DNA of 63,005 nucleotides, filler included, from Bdellovibrionales bacterium RIFOXYD12_FULL_39_22 (GTDB lineage Bacteria; Bdellovibrionota; Bacteriovoracia; Bacteriovoracales; Bacteriovoracaceae): NCBI GenBank assembly GCA_001770205.1. It is 8 parts of 8 records of this genome, joined end to end, with 100 filler letters (N's around TTAATTAATTAA, not from the genome) between each part and the next. Parts side by side here need not be neighbours in the genome. Positions count along the whole stretch, not along the records: positions 28,644 to 36,081 come from MEQL01000018.1; positions 36,182 to 42,984 come from MEQL01000021.1; 6 more parts are not named here. One strand, 5' to 3'. Shown piece by piece: positions 28,828 to 38,818 of this stretch (position 1 is its first letter; each line of letters starts with the position of its first letter). The notes under the pieces were generated by a model. It saw only the letters and a program-made list of their open reading frames with translations, ran no database searches and was not told where the DNA came from. The position numbers and the translations under genes were made by a program.

Positions 28828-30735
28828 CTAGTTATACATATTATTAATAACGCTGCTCACCGACACAGAAAACGCCTGCGCATAGTCACGCGCTGGAAAT
28901 AGCTTCAATCCTCTACTCACAAAAGGTCGAAATCCATCCATCATCACCGAACCAGCAAAGACGCCTTTTTCTTCCCAGTTCAAACAGGCACGCGCCACCA
29001 TACCTGGGCAGATAGTTTTATCTTTGCCGGTAGCATTGTGCAGATACGCTCCTTGAAATGTTTGCCCTTTGAAATTTTTAAGTTTCAAAAACAAAACATT
29101 TTCTTCAAAGTTGGCCATCTCCAAAATCTTTGTCGGATCATCAATTTTTAGGTGAAGATTATTACCAACCCAATTGGCCGAAAGTTTTTTTTGCGCCACA
29201 AGATCAGAAAGCGCAAACTCCGACTTGTTGATAATAAGCATTATTTGCGACAGCTCCCCGCTAAAGTCTTTGTTAAAACTAAAGCTATTATCGTAACTGC
29301 TTCCATGATTTACTTTTACATAGCAGTCCACTGTTAAAACACCGCAGATGCAATTTTTCCCACAAGAACAAGGACGCTCGCGATAGTTGCGATCCTCTTC
29401 AATAAACTTTTCGCCCCATTTACGTTCAGGTACGATTTGAATATCTATCTTGGCATTTGGTGAGATATTTCCCAGACTAAAAAGTCTATAATCTTCTCCT
29501 CCAGTAATATTAGCTTGCAACCCAACAACTTTTTCGCTGGATTGTGCCGCTAGCTCCGCCCCAGTGATATATGAAAGCGCAATAACATCACTGGCCCCAT
29601 ACTCATAATCAAGATAGTGGCGATTAATCTTATCAGTGAACAAAAACCACTTTCCTTTTTTATCCAAAGAGGCAATCTCTTTTAGATAAGTAAAGCTAGG
29701 AAGATTAGATTCAAATTGATCGATCTTTTTTATCTGATCATTTTCAATGGTAAAGTTACGCTCAAACAAAACTCCCAATACTTGATCTAGTCTTTTGCTC
29801 TCACCATTAACGCCAACATACCACACCCTCGATTCCAAGGGTGTATTGTAGTTAACCGGCACAGATTTTTCTTTTATGCTGGCCAATAGTTCTTGATAAG
29901 TTGTCTCCATCGATGGGATCTCGTAGTCGGCAACTTCCGAGACAATAAACTCCCCTCGCTTAAAAAAATTCTCCGAAAGCAGTGCCAGTGGAACGTTTTC
30001 AATTGTGACAGCGACAGTTTCATTTACCCCCGCAGCAAAATTGCGCTCCACCACCTTTGACGCCAACAACTCATAAGACTCGCGCTCCTGATCGTAGTAG
30101 TAAAAATTTAGCGTCGGATTTTTGATCATTTCAAATCCACGATTGGCCAAAAGCTGGATTGAATTTTCTAGCTTTATCGTAGCACCTGCATACTCATATT
30201 TTGTTTCATCAAAATATTTTTGATTATCCAAAATCTCCTTGGCATAAAACTGCGGATCAATCTCGGGCCATTTTATCCAGAAGTAGTCTCGCTCAACGAT
30301 CTCACCAAACGAGTGGGTAGAAAATTTTCCAACATTGGCCGCTGCATTGTATGCCTTATCTCGAATAAATATATCTCCAATGCGATATTTGAAGTTTGGA
30401 TCATTACGCCCAACCTTTGTATCAATCTTAAACGATGCCACTGATCCATCACTCACGCTTTTAAACTTGGCCTCAATTAAATAATCTTGCAAAAATCTAA
30501 CGCGCACCTCGGGCAAATCGGCCATAAATGGCCGTCTACCAAGTAGGCGCTCTTGTTGATCAGGAACTTTATCTCCATCAGAGTCCTGATCGTCTTCCGG
30601 TTTTTGCTCCTCCAATTTTCTTTCTGGTGCCGACGTAGGCGCTGGTGCTGCATTCTTTTTGTCTTCTACAAAACCACAGCCACTCATAGATATAGTAAGT
30701 AACGATGCCAAAATCATTGATGTAAAAAAATTCAT
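28828..30735 (-). CDS. Large lipoprotein with Ca-binding DxDxD motif resembling anthrax PA/binary toxin B
   Basis: Lipobox MSGC; DSDGDKVPD..E..GRRPFMADLPEVRV; Cys-rich C-terminal segment. Confidence 0.6.
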   Translation of the reverse strand: MNFFTSMILASLLTISMSGCGFVEDKKNAAPAPTSAPERKLEEQKPEDDQDSDGDKVPDQQERLLGRRPFMADLPEVRVRFLQDYLIEAKFKSVSDGSVASFKIDTKVGRNDPNFKYRIGDIFIRDKAYNAAANVGKFSTHSFGEIVERDYFWIKWPEIDPQFYAKEILDNQKYFDETKYEYAGATIKLENSIQLLANRGFEMIKNPTLNFYYYDQERESYELLASKVVERNFAAGVNETVAVTIENVPLALLSENFFKRGEFIVSEVADYEIPSMETTYQELLASIKEKSVPVNYNTPLESRVWYVGVNGESKRLDQVLGVLFERNFTIENDQIKKIDQFESNLPSFTYLKEIASLDKKGKWFLFTDKINRHYLDYEYGASDVIALSYITGAELAAQSSEKVVGLQANITGGEDYRLFSLGNISPNAKIDIQIVPERKWGEKFIEEDRNYRERPCSCGKNCICGVLTVDCYVKVNHGSSYDNSFSFNKDFSGELSQIMLIINKSEFALSDLVAQKKLSANWVGNNLHLKIDDPTKILEMANFEENVLFLKLKNFKGQTFQGAYLHNATGKDKTICPGMVARACLNWEEKGVFAGSVMMDGFRPFVSRGLKLFPARDYAQAFSVSVSSVINNMYN

Positions 30736-30872
30736 AACCAACCTCCGCCTTTGATAAATGCCGTGCTTACTCGCAACGACAATATATATTTATTTAATCT
30801 CTCATAGCGCTTTGTTTTTGGAATTTTGATCATCTCCAAAAACTCCAGTAACTCTTGTTTTAAAGCTCTCAT
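30732..30872 (-). CDS. 46-aa small ORF, translationally coupled
   Basis: AGGAG RBS; ATGA overlaps at both ends. Confidence 0.45.
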   Translation of the reverse strand: MRALKQELLEFLEMIKIPKTKRYERLNKYILSLRVSTAFIKGGGWL

Positions 30873-31021
30873 TGCTTCACTCCTTCAGTTTTAAGTTTAA
30901 TTATCAGATGGTGAATCCTCTCAATTTTATCCATCAGCTCTTTGTGGTTTAATAGTTCACTCGGTAATTCTCCGATGATGTGGCGAAACGTATCGTGAAT
31001 CTTTTTTAGTAATCTCATCAT
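30869..31021 (-). CDS. 50-aa small ORF
   Basis: AGGAG RBS; stop overlaps the next ATG. Confidence 0.45.
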   Translation of the reverse strand: MMRLLKKIHDTFRHIIGELPSELLNHKELMDKIERIHHLIIKLKTEGVKQ

Positions 31022-31030
31022 GCTCTCCTG

Positions 31031-31267
31031 TTAATGTTTGTAATGGCCTGGAGTGAGGAGAAGGTGGCGCAGTTTTTTCTGCGCCACCTCGATCATCTGA
31101 TCTGCCTCATCCCAACTAATTCGCAAAGCTCTCGCTATCTCTGTTATTGTCATTGCCTCCCAAAAGCGTAGATGTAACGCGCGCTGCTCATCGTTGCCGA
31201 GTGTAGGCAAGGCATAGCTTAGCTTGCAAAAAAGTTCATTTTTGTTTTGTTTAAAATATTCGCACAT
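31031..31267 (-). CDS. Stand-alone sigma-70 region 4 HTH protein
   Basis: LGNDEQRALHLRFWEAMTITEIARAL..AQKKLR. Confidence 0.75.
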   Translation of the reverse strand: MCEYFKQNKNELFCKLSYALPTLGNDEQRALHLRFWEAMTITEIARALRISWDEADQMIEVAQKKLRHLLLTPGHYKH

Positions 31268-31418
31268 AGTCTGTTCTCCTCATTTCTGTTTGTGTCGTTT
31301 GTGACTCTCGATATTCCCATCTGCGCCACTCTTCATCTGCCTTAGAATTTTCTGTGCAGAAGGTGTGAACAATCGATGCCACCAAGTCAAAAAAACGTTT
31401 AAAAAAATTACTTGTCAT
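31251..31418 (-). CDS. 55-aa small ORF
   Basis: GGAGG RBS; overlaps the start of the next gene. Confidence 0.4.
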   Translation of the reverse strand: MTSNFFKRFFDLVASIVHTFCTENSKADEEWRRWEYRESQTTQTEMRRTDYVRIF

Positions 31419-31454
31419 ACTGCCTCCGTTTTGAGCAAAAAATTTTTTGCCCTC

Positions 31455-31949
31455 TCATAAATGGGAAATTGGCCGGGTGTTTGCACCCCAAAGCTTTGAA
31501 ATTCTTCGAAATGCATTTTTCTTCATCTCGAAAATTACCGATCTGTTGACATTCATCTCGGCCGCAATTTGGCGCTCACTTTTTCCTTCCCAAAAAATCT
31601 TGTGAATGACCATTCTTTGTTTGTCGGTGAGCTTCTCTAGCGTCTTTCTAACTTTTTCTTTCAGCTCATCGCTGGCACCATCTGGAATTAGATAAAAAAT
31701 TGACTCTTCCATCTGGCCGGCCACGTAGTCATAGGACTCTGGACTAATTTGAGATTCCTTTAGCGGATAATCCAACCACGAAAGATACTTCTCCCACATG
31801 TCTTTATCCCAGTTTTGACAGATGACTTTTAGCTCATCATCACAAATTGGATGTCCTCGGTGATCAAGCCATGGTTTTTTGGTCGCAGTTTTAATTTGCA
31901 GCGCCTTTTTTTCAGCGCCGTTGTTGCTATCTATATTTGAAAAACACAT
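31455..31949 (-). CDS. Sigma-70 region 4 domain protein
   Basis: LTDKQRMVIHKIFWEGKSERQIAAEM..AFRRI; GGAGG RBS. Confidence 0.8.
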   Translation of the reverse strand: MCFSNIDSNNGAEKKALQIKTATKKPWLDHRGHPICDDELKVICQNWDKDMWEKYLSWLDYPLKESQISPESYDYVAGQMEESIFYLIPDGASDELKEKVRKTLEKLTDKQRMVIHKIFWEGKSERQIAAEMNVNRSVIFEMKKNAFRRISKLWGANTRPISHL

Positions 31950-32244
31950 AAATCCTCCGATAAAATTGTTAATGGCCCAAACATCACGTGATCATCAGCA
32001 ATCAACTTTGCTCTTGGCCCCTTCAGTTTCGAGGGCGCGCCCACTCGAAACGAACAGAAGCCAAGTTCAAAATTGTTTGCAACGAACATCGTGCACGTTC
32101 AAACCTTGGCGCACTTGTAAATCGATTTATGAGTATTGATCAAAGACTTCCCGGTGCGGACACGAAGAATTCCCACCGCGGTGGACGGCCCTGCCCGCAG
32201 CGGACATTGAAGGTTACGTGTATATGATGATTATCGCGAGTAGA

Positions 32245-32273
32245 TTCCCGGACCGGGTTGCCCGGAGCGGGAA
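32245..32273. promoter_or_regulatory. GC-rich hairpin in the leader of the sigma-r4/pilin operon
   Basis: TTCCCG-GA-CCGGG-TTG-CCCGG-AG-CGGGAA. Confidence 0.4.
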
Positions 32274-32467
32274 ATGGAAGGGATTAGTTTTTCAAAAGTG
32301 AAATGAATAGAAGCTTGATTAGGTTGCAACGATTCTGAAAATTACTGATTTTATATGACTACACCTCTCATTTTCATATGCCGAAGTTACGATCCCTTTC
32401 ATTGAGAGGAGGATTTTTCTAGATTATAAATATCCGACAAGAGCACCGGAACTATTTTTGAAATATA

Positions 32468-33778
32468 TTATTTACCAAGTACATTATTTATAAGATTTTG
32501 AACTTCCTGTGATTTAGTTCCCTCGAATGACGAATTACATGTTCTGTTTTCACTACGAAGCCATCTTAAATCTTCTTCTGAATGCATTTCACCATGATGT
32601 TCTGGTGCAGATGAAAAAAACCAATTAGTTATATTCATATTGTTATTACCAATAATCAAATATGGTTCGCATTTTTTAGTGTCTTTATTATTCAAAACAT
32701 CAAAAGCAGAAAGATCGGGAACCGAGCGCAAGTAATCCTTTGGAGCATATCTTAAAAAAAGTTCATAACCAAACAGTGCTCCAGCAATATTAACTTGCAA
32801 TTCATGTTTATCCATTAACCCTCCCCAGCGGGCAGGCATTAAAATCTTGCATAAATTTTCACCCCATCCCATCATTTCTGCTTTCAGCGGAGATGGAAAT
32901 ACACCACTTTTCATTTTTTTGTAGTTATCAGCAAATGCATAAAGCGATATCCCAAAAAAATGATACCAAGCACCTTCGAGGTCGCCACCATTATCCTTGT
33001 CTCCTCTAATATCTTTTAATTTTGAAAGATAGCTTGATCGCTCTTTTTTACTATAAGACTGTAAGGAGGAATCCTCACGAGGATAGTATCTTAGTTTCAA
33101 GCGAAGTATATTGTGACACAAAAGTAATGATTCAAATATATCACCCTTTCTCAAATCCATTGCTTTTTCAAAAATGTCAATGGGACTGACACTGTTATCC
33201 TTTTGATCTTTTAACCAATCACCAATTTCTTGTTCACTGCCAGTATAAAATTTAGAAGGAATAAATTCTCCATTTAAAAGATCAGGGTTAAACCCCGAAA
33301 CATCGAGCAAAGGAGTATAATCCGTTGTATGGTCAACGAGTTTTGGCAAAAACTTTTTTTTGTCCTTTTGGTTTAAATATACACATTGTGCTAAGTTTTC
33401 TGCATCTATATAGTATAAATCATCACGCATTTTCCACGTTGGGATAATCCACGAAACAGTTGAGTCTGAACGCTTGCGAAGGTTATTAATCCTGTCTGGT
33501 TCGACTCCTTTAAATGCAGGTTTACCATTTTCAATAATATCTTGAAAATAGTTCATCGTATTTTGATTCCCGGTAATAAAAGATACTGTGTTATAAAAAA
33601 GTGGGCCTGTATTAGCGACTAGATATAAAGTATTTTTTCCAACCCAAAAAGAAGTGACTTTGATGGCATCTTTGATTGGATGCTGGCCATCGCTTGATTG
33701 GATGCTACCACCGCTTCCAAAAGAATAGTTATAAAAAAACAAAGCGCATATAAGTATTACTTTAACAATATTTTTCAT
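32468..33778 (-). CDS. Secreted hypothetical protein
   Basis: Signal peptide; GD..GAWYHFFG motif. Confidence 0.7.
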   Translation of the reverse strand: MKNIVKVILICALFFYNYSFGSGGSIQSSDGQHPIKDAIKVTSFWVGKNTLYLVANTGPLFYNTVSFITGNQNTMNYFQDIIENGKPAFKGVEPDRINNLRKRSDSTVSWIIPTWKMRDDLYYIDAENLAQCVYLNQKDKKKFLPKLVDHTTDYTPLLDVSGFNPDLLNGEFIPSKFYTGSEQEIGDWLKDQKDNSVSPIDIFEKAMDLRKGDIFESLLLCHNILRLKLRYYPREDSSLQSYSKKERSSYLSKLKDIRGDKDNGGDLEGAWYHFFGISLYAFADNYKKMKSGVFPSPLKAEMMGWGENLCKILMPARWGGLMDKHELQVNIAGALFGYELFLRYAPKDYLRSVPDLSAFDVLNNKDTKKCEPYLIIGNNNMNITNWFFSSAPEHHGEMHSEEDLRWLRSENRTCNSSFEGTKSQEVQNLINNVLGK

Positions 33779-34109
33779 AAATCCTTGAGACAAAATATCT
33801 ATTGATATATCGGAACAACATTGAGTCTATTGAGGATTAGGATTTATTATTGATTTATTGGAAATTTATTCCCAATGTAATTTATGTACACAAATAGACG
33901 ACATAAAATATCGGTTAAGATTAATTATCTTACCGACAATATATTTGCTAAAGTTCCTGATCATCAAGCCTTATCAGAAACTGCCGCACTTCTATCGGCC
34001 CGGACAAAAGATTTGTTGAAGCAAAGGATAACTATTTCAATCAGCTGTTGTCCTAGCCCAGAGGATAAATATAACCATAAAGTTTCTGGCCAGAATACAA
34101 GACGGAAAA

Positions 34110-36081
34110 TCATTTCGAGCCGATGGACTTAAGTACCTGCATCAAGCATGTGCTTATGCGACTTTTTACTTCGCGATAGGCTTGTTGGCCCAGAAAAAGT
34201 GGTTTTTTTGCAGATAGTTGAAGAATTTCTTGTTTGAGTAGTGCCGCAAATTTTTCTGATGAAACGTAGTCTTCTCCTCCAAGAAGAAGAAGACCTTTTA
34301 TTCCGCCAAAGGAAAATTTTGTATTCAGCTCAAGACCAGTATCTGCAATTGCATTTACAATTGCAACCATCAGCTCATCTGTAGACTTGCCAGTGGCAGA
34401 ATTTAAACATTTTTGAATTGACTCCTCAACCGTTTTTAAAGAAGGGCTTGTTGTGCCATGAGTTCCCATCTGTAAAGCTGCTTCCGCAATGGATTTCGCT
34501 TCTCTACGATTCACTCCAGCCAAAAATTTAGCTAATACAACTCTATCGTCCGATTTCAGAATTCCTGTTTTAGAAAAGTCTGTAGCTTGGCCAAAATCAA
34601 TTGGATAAATTGCTTTATTTTGTTCATCAATTAGAAAATTACCACTGTGGCCATCTGGGTTAAACCATCCCTCGCGAAATAATAGACGTAGATTTGCCTC
34701 GACAATTGCGGGACCGGTTGCTTCTTTGGCCGCTAATGTAGATTTTCCCCAACTTACTCCATCTACTTTTTTCAGCACTAGGAGATTATCTCTAACTTGG
34801 AAGCCAGGAACTACGCTAGGAACTTCAAAATGCCATCCATGTAACTTTGACCCTAATTCTTGATTCATTTTACTAAAGTGGCTCTCAGCTTCTGATATAC
34901 GTTGTGCCTCTTTGGTCATGCGCATTTCATCAGCGAGTTGATCTTTTACGCCAGAGATAACTGATTGAAACATACCGCGTGGTAAATCCATCTGGCAATT
35001 TTTCAGTTCATCCAAATAGCGCAAACTAAGATCGATATTACCACCGACTTGCTCAGGAGCATGTGGGCGTTGAATTAAAAAGGCAACCTGACTTCCATCG
35101 TCTAACTCCGCATGGACAACAGTTTTCAAACTTGCACTTCCGATAATTTCTTTGAGTTCACGAATTCGCGCATGTTCCGAAGGGGTAAGAGTTTCTTTGA
35201 GTATGCGTTCGACCTCGACTTTTGCTAAAGGAGTTGCCCCATCTTTTAATTTAGCTGTTTCCTTCGTGACCTCGGGGCCAAAAAGCTTCCACACCGAACT
35301 CATCTGTCCAAATTTAATTCCAACGGTTTGAAAAACTTCAAACAAACTGGCCACACTACCTTTTTCACGACTTATTTGGCTCATAAGATAAGCAAGCGTC
35401 ACCGTGCGTTCATGTTCAGGAATTACCTTGAGAAAAGGAACTAAGAGTTTTTCTTCAGTGCCTCCTTTAGTGTATCCTATGATATCTCTCATCATGCGAA
35501 GAAAAAATTGGTCATCTGTACCAATTTGCGGACGCATGTGATCAACAAGCGTTTCAATAACAGGTATTCGCTCTTCCGGTTTAGACTCCACGATAAGTGC
35601 TTTGAACTGGTCTATCGCTTTTCTAGTTTTAGTAGTCAGTTGCTCTGCTTCTTTATCCAAGACAATGTTGCCTGTTTTTATTTGAGGTAAATTTCCCATA
35701 AGCGTTATGGCCATTTCACGTTCTGGGAAAGGATTGACTTTGGGGTTAACGATATATAGCAAGAGTTTTTGTCGTGTTTTATCATCCATTTTTTCAATAG
35801 CGGCCGAAACAGTAGAACCGATGTTGGCAAAAATCGGCTGAATCTTTCGCCAATTATATGATTTCTCATTCTCTATAATTTCCAGAAGATCTCCACTGAC
35901 ACCTGCTTTCCAAGCAATGTTTTCAAGAAGTGCATCTCTGGCAAACCCACCTCGTGGGACATGGGTTTTTGTGTTCTCGACAAGCTGATTAACAAACTGT
36001 TCCTCAATCTTTCCATTGGCCTTTGCCTTTAAGATTTGGTGATTGGTTACAGCTTTTGAGAGGTCAACTTGAAGTTCAGAA
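34110..36081 (-). CDS. Large protein with C-terminal AarF/ABC1/UbiB atypical kinase domain (5' partial)
   Basis: IKFGQ, IGSASLKTV, DGHSGNF, IDFGQ; frame open from 35789 to the contig end. Confidence 0.85.
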
Positions 36082-36181
36082 NNNNNNNNNNNNNNNNNNN
36101 NNNNNNNNNNNNNNNNNNNNNNNNNTTAATTAATTAANNNNNNNNNNNNNNNNNNNNNNNNNNNNNNNNNNNNNNNNNNNN

Positions 36182-36259
36182 TGCCTCCTTATTTGATAAC
36201 TATTTTTCAAGGATGGCAGATAAATCAGACTAAATCACTGACTGCTGTGAAAGCCTTAC
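36182..36259 (-). mobile_element. IS66-family-like left end (copy 3)
   Basis: Reverse complement of 8341-8418. Confidence 0.75.
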
Positions 36260-36545
36260 GGTAGAGTTGATAAAAAGATTCAACGCTGACCCTCGGGATG
36301 AAGCAACAAAGGCCATTTTGCTCTATAAAGATCTGGTGACACTTCATCCTCTCACAGACGGAAACGGACGAGGATCGCGTGCAATTCTAAGTTTTCTACT
36401 ATTAAAAAATGGTATTATTCCTCCCTCATTCGAATTAAGTGCAAGTGGTGATATGTACTTAACCGGAAAAGGGTATCTTCAGTTTATGGAAATTTCCATT
36501 AACAGAGGCTGGCAATCCTATATCTGGGGTGCTCCGCCGAAATAA
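36260..36545 (+). pseudogene. Fic-domain protein, C-terminal part cut by the IS
   Basis: HPLTDGNGRGSR Fic motif; begins at the IS end. Confidence 0.75.
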
Positions 36546-36892
36546 AAACTAATTCTGCAAATAAAATAATTTTTAAATGGTAACTACTTAGTAAACTTGC
36601 GCTAGGAAATTGAGAACCAGCAAAATTTAACAGCAAAAGAAAAATGAAAATGGCCGCGATGGCACTTCGAGACCGACTGCAACAGTGGGTTGATAGTTAG
36701 TACTAATACGGAAAAGCAATCTTTCCGTATAAATATGCAATAATCCCCATCTTGTTCAATAAAAGCGTTCTATATTAACGCCTGCCCCCGTCTGTACTAA
36801 AAACCACTGTCCGAATCACAGAGTGGGAAGAGAAGTTGTTGCGAGGTTAATAGTTTTTTTGTACGCTATGATTGGGAAGGGGATTACATTTT

Positions 36893-37279
36893 ATGACAAA
36901 CTCATCTAAATGGCTCGACAGGGCACTATATGACTTAGAAACAGCTGTCTCTCTACTTAAAGAAGGACGTTTATTATACGTGATGTTCATGTGCCAACAA
37001 GCTGTTGAGAAGGCACTTAAGGCCTATTTTTTATACCACCACGAAGCAACTCCACCATATGTGCACAACTTGAGTCGACTCGCTAAAGAATCCGACTTAG
37101 AGAATGAATTAACAAGAGCAGACATTGAGTTTTTGGATGATCTAAACTCCTATTATATTGCTTCTCGCTATCCAGACGAAATGGATGAAATAATTCCTTT
37201 ATGCACTCAAATAAAATGTAGTGAAACTCTTACTTCTAGCAAAAAGTTGGTATCATGGTTAAAAAACAAGATGAAGTAA
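36893..37279 (+). CDS. HEPN domain protein
   Basis: WLDRALYDLETA, CQQAVEKALKA, HNL..L, YIASRYP. Confidence 0.92.
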   Translation: MTNSSKWLDRALYDLETAVSLLKEGRLLYVMFMCQQAVEKALKAYFLYHHEATPPYVHNLSRLAKESDLENELTRADIEFLDDLNSYYIASRYPDEMDEIIPLCTQIKCSETLTSSKKLVSWLKNKMK

Positions 37280-37575
37280 TTAAAACAGGTAAAGAATATC
37301 TTAAACTCGTTATGGAGATTTTTCCTGTCGCTGGTGCCTGGCTATATGGTTCATACTCACGCAATGAACAAAACGAGTGGAGTGATATAGATATCGCTAT
37401 ATGCTCCCCAGATTTTGAACATATACCTCGCCCCATTGCGATTAAAATATTAAGTAAAATAGCAAAAAGAATTGATTACGCAATTGAACCATATCCACTG
37501 CGCCCAACGGAATGCACTAATAAGGTGATTGGTACTTTGGCCAACGAAATATTAGCAACAGGACTGCAACTTTAA
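37255..37575 (+). CDS. Minimal nucleotidyltransferase (MNT), HEPN partner
   Basis: LYGSYSR....WSDIDIA. Confidence 0.92.
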   Translation: MVKKQDEVIKTGKEYLKLVMEIFPVAGAWLYGSYSRNEQNEWSDIDIAICSPDFEHIPRPIAIKILSKIAKRIDYAIEPYPLRPTECTNKVIGTLANEILATGLQL

Positions 37576-37582
37576 CGTCAAT

Positions 37583-38818
37583 TTACAGACACTCTGAAAT
37601 AGATTGGCCCTTTAGATTACACACGCCTATCAGCGCAAGATGGGCCTTGTACCATGACTCAATCGCCAGAGTCTGTGAATCCAAAAGTCGGCCTTGATCC
37701 ATTAGAAGGTCATTTACTGAAGATCTTCCCTGTTCAAAGCGTTTGAAACTATCTTCATAAAGAGTATGCGCAAGTTTTAAAACTTGTTGGCCTTTTATCG
37801 CATTTTTACTATTAATTAAAAGATCGTTACTTTTTTCAGTCCAGGACGAAGTTAACTCGCGACTTGTTTTTTCTAAATTATTTTGAGCAGTGATCGCTGC
37901 TGCATGTTGTTCTCCAACATAAGCATAATCGGTTAGTCCGTTGAAAATTGGGATCGATAGTTTTATTAACCCAATCTGTTCAGTAGTAGTATTACCACTT
38001 GCTGTACTCGTATTATATACATAGGATAGATCAACACTCGGAAAAAGTGAACTACGGGCGCTCTTCCAACTACTATTGGCCATTTCAAAATCATATTTTG
38101 CTTTTTTAAATTGTGGGCATTTTTCTAAATCAAACGAACTCTCCGAAAGTTGTAGATGTTTTTGCTTTTCAATAAAAGTCACCCAGGGCCAAGCAATTGT
38201 CACATCGGTATTTCCAAGTGCAACTAAAAGTCTTGATTTGGTTTTCAGAAAATTCAGTTCACTATTTTCTAATTGAGCTTCAGCCGTTGCTAAATCAATT
38301 TCGGTCTTTTGTGATTCTTGCAAAGAAAGCAGTCCACGATCAGTGCGGGCCTGCGCTACTTTAAAGGCCTGCTGTTTTACCTTGGCATATTCTTTGAGTG
38401 CATTAAGCGATAGGCCCTGGGAAATATAATCAAGCAGTATTGTAGCAGCTTCATACTCCGCATTATACTCTACTAATTTCTTGTTCCAAAAAACACTTTG
38501 TTCATTGCTTGAGGCCGCGGACATTTTAAACCAATCACTTCCAAAGCGAAACACATTAACTGTGCTTGTTATAGATGTATCATCTTTAGTGAGATCACTT
38601 TTATAAAATTGGGTACGACCTTTTTCCAAGGCAAGTGTTGGTAAAAAACTCAATTTAGAGGCAAGGGCGGTAGTGGTCGCGGCACCTAGAGATGCGGTTG
38701 CCGAAGGTAGATCAACGTTTTTATTTAAAATTCCCTTTAAAGCTTCATCAAACGAAAGTTCCGCCGAAAAAAGATTAACACTAATTAAAACTAACAACGT
38801 GGTGATCAAACTTTTCAT
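37583..38818 (-). CDS. TolC-family outer membrane efflux protein
   Basis: Signal peptide; FLPTL, LSIPIFNG, RFEQG..S..DL motifs. Confidence 0.88.
   Translation of the reverse strand: MKSLITTLLVLISVNLFSAELSFDEALKGILNKNVDLPSATASLGAATTTALASKLSFLPTLALEKGRTQFYKSDLTKDDTSITSTVNVFRFGSDWFKMSAASSNEQSVFWNKKLVEYNAEYEAATILLDYISQGLSLNALKEYAKVKQQAFKVAQARTDRGLLSLQESQKTEIDLATAEAQLENSELNFLKTKSRLLVALGNTDVTIAWPWVTFIEKQKHLQLSESSFDLEKCPQFKKAKYDFEMANSSWKSARSSLFPSVDLSYVYNTSTASGNTTTEQIGLIKLSIPIFNGLTDYAYVGEQHAAAITAQNNLEKTSRELTSSWTEKSNDLLINSKNAIKGQQVLKLAHTLYEDSFKRFEQGRSSVNDLLMDQGRLLDSQTLAIESWYKAHLALIGVCNLKGQSISECL

Noticed and set aside
1..30735. Treating the virB8-virD4 block (contig 1) and the pilin block (contig 4) as one element
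   Set aside because: Complementary content, but they lie on separate contigs with no linking sequence
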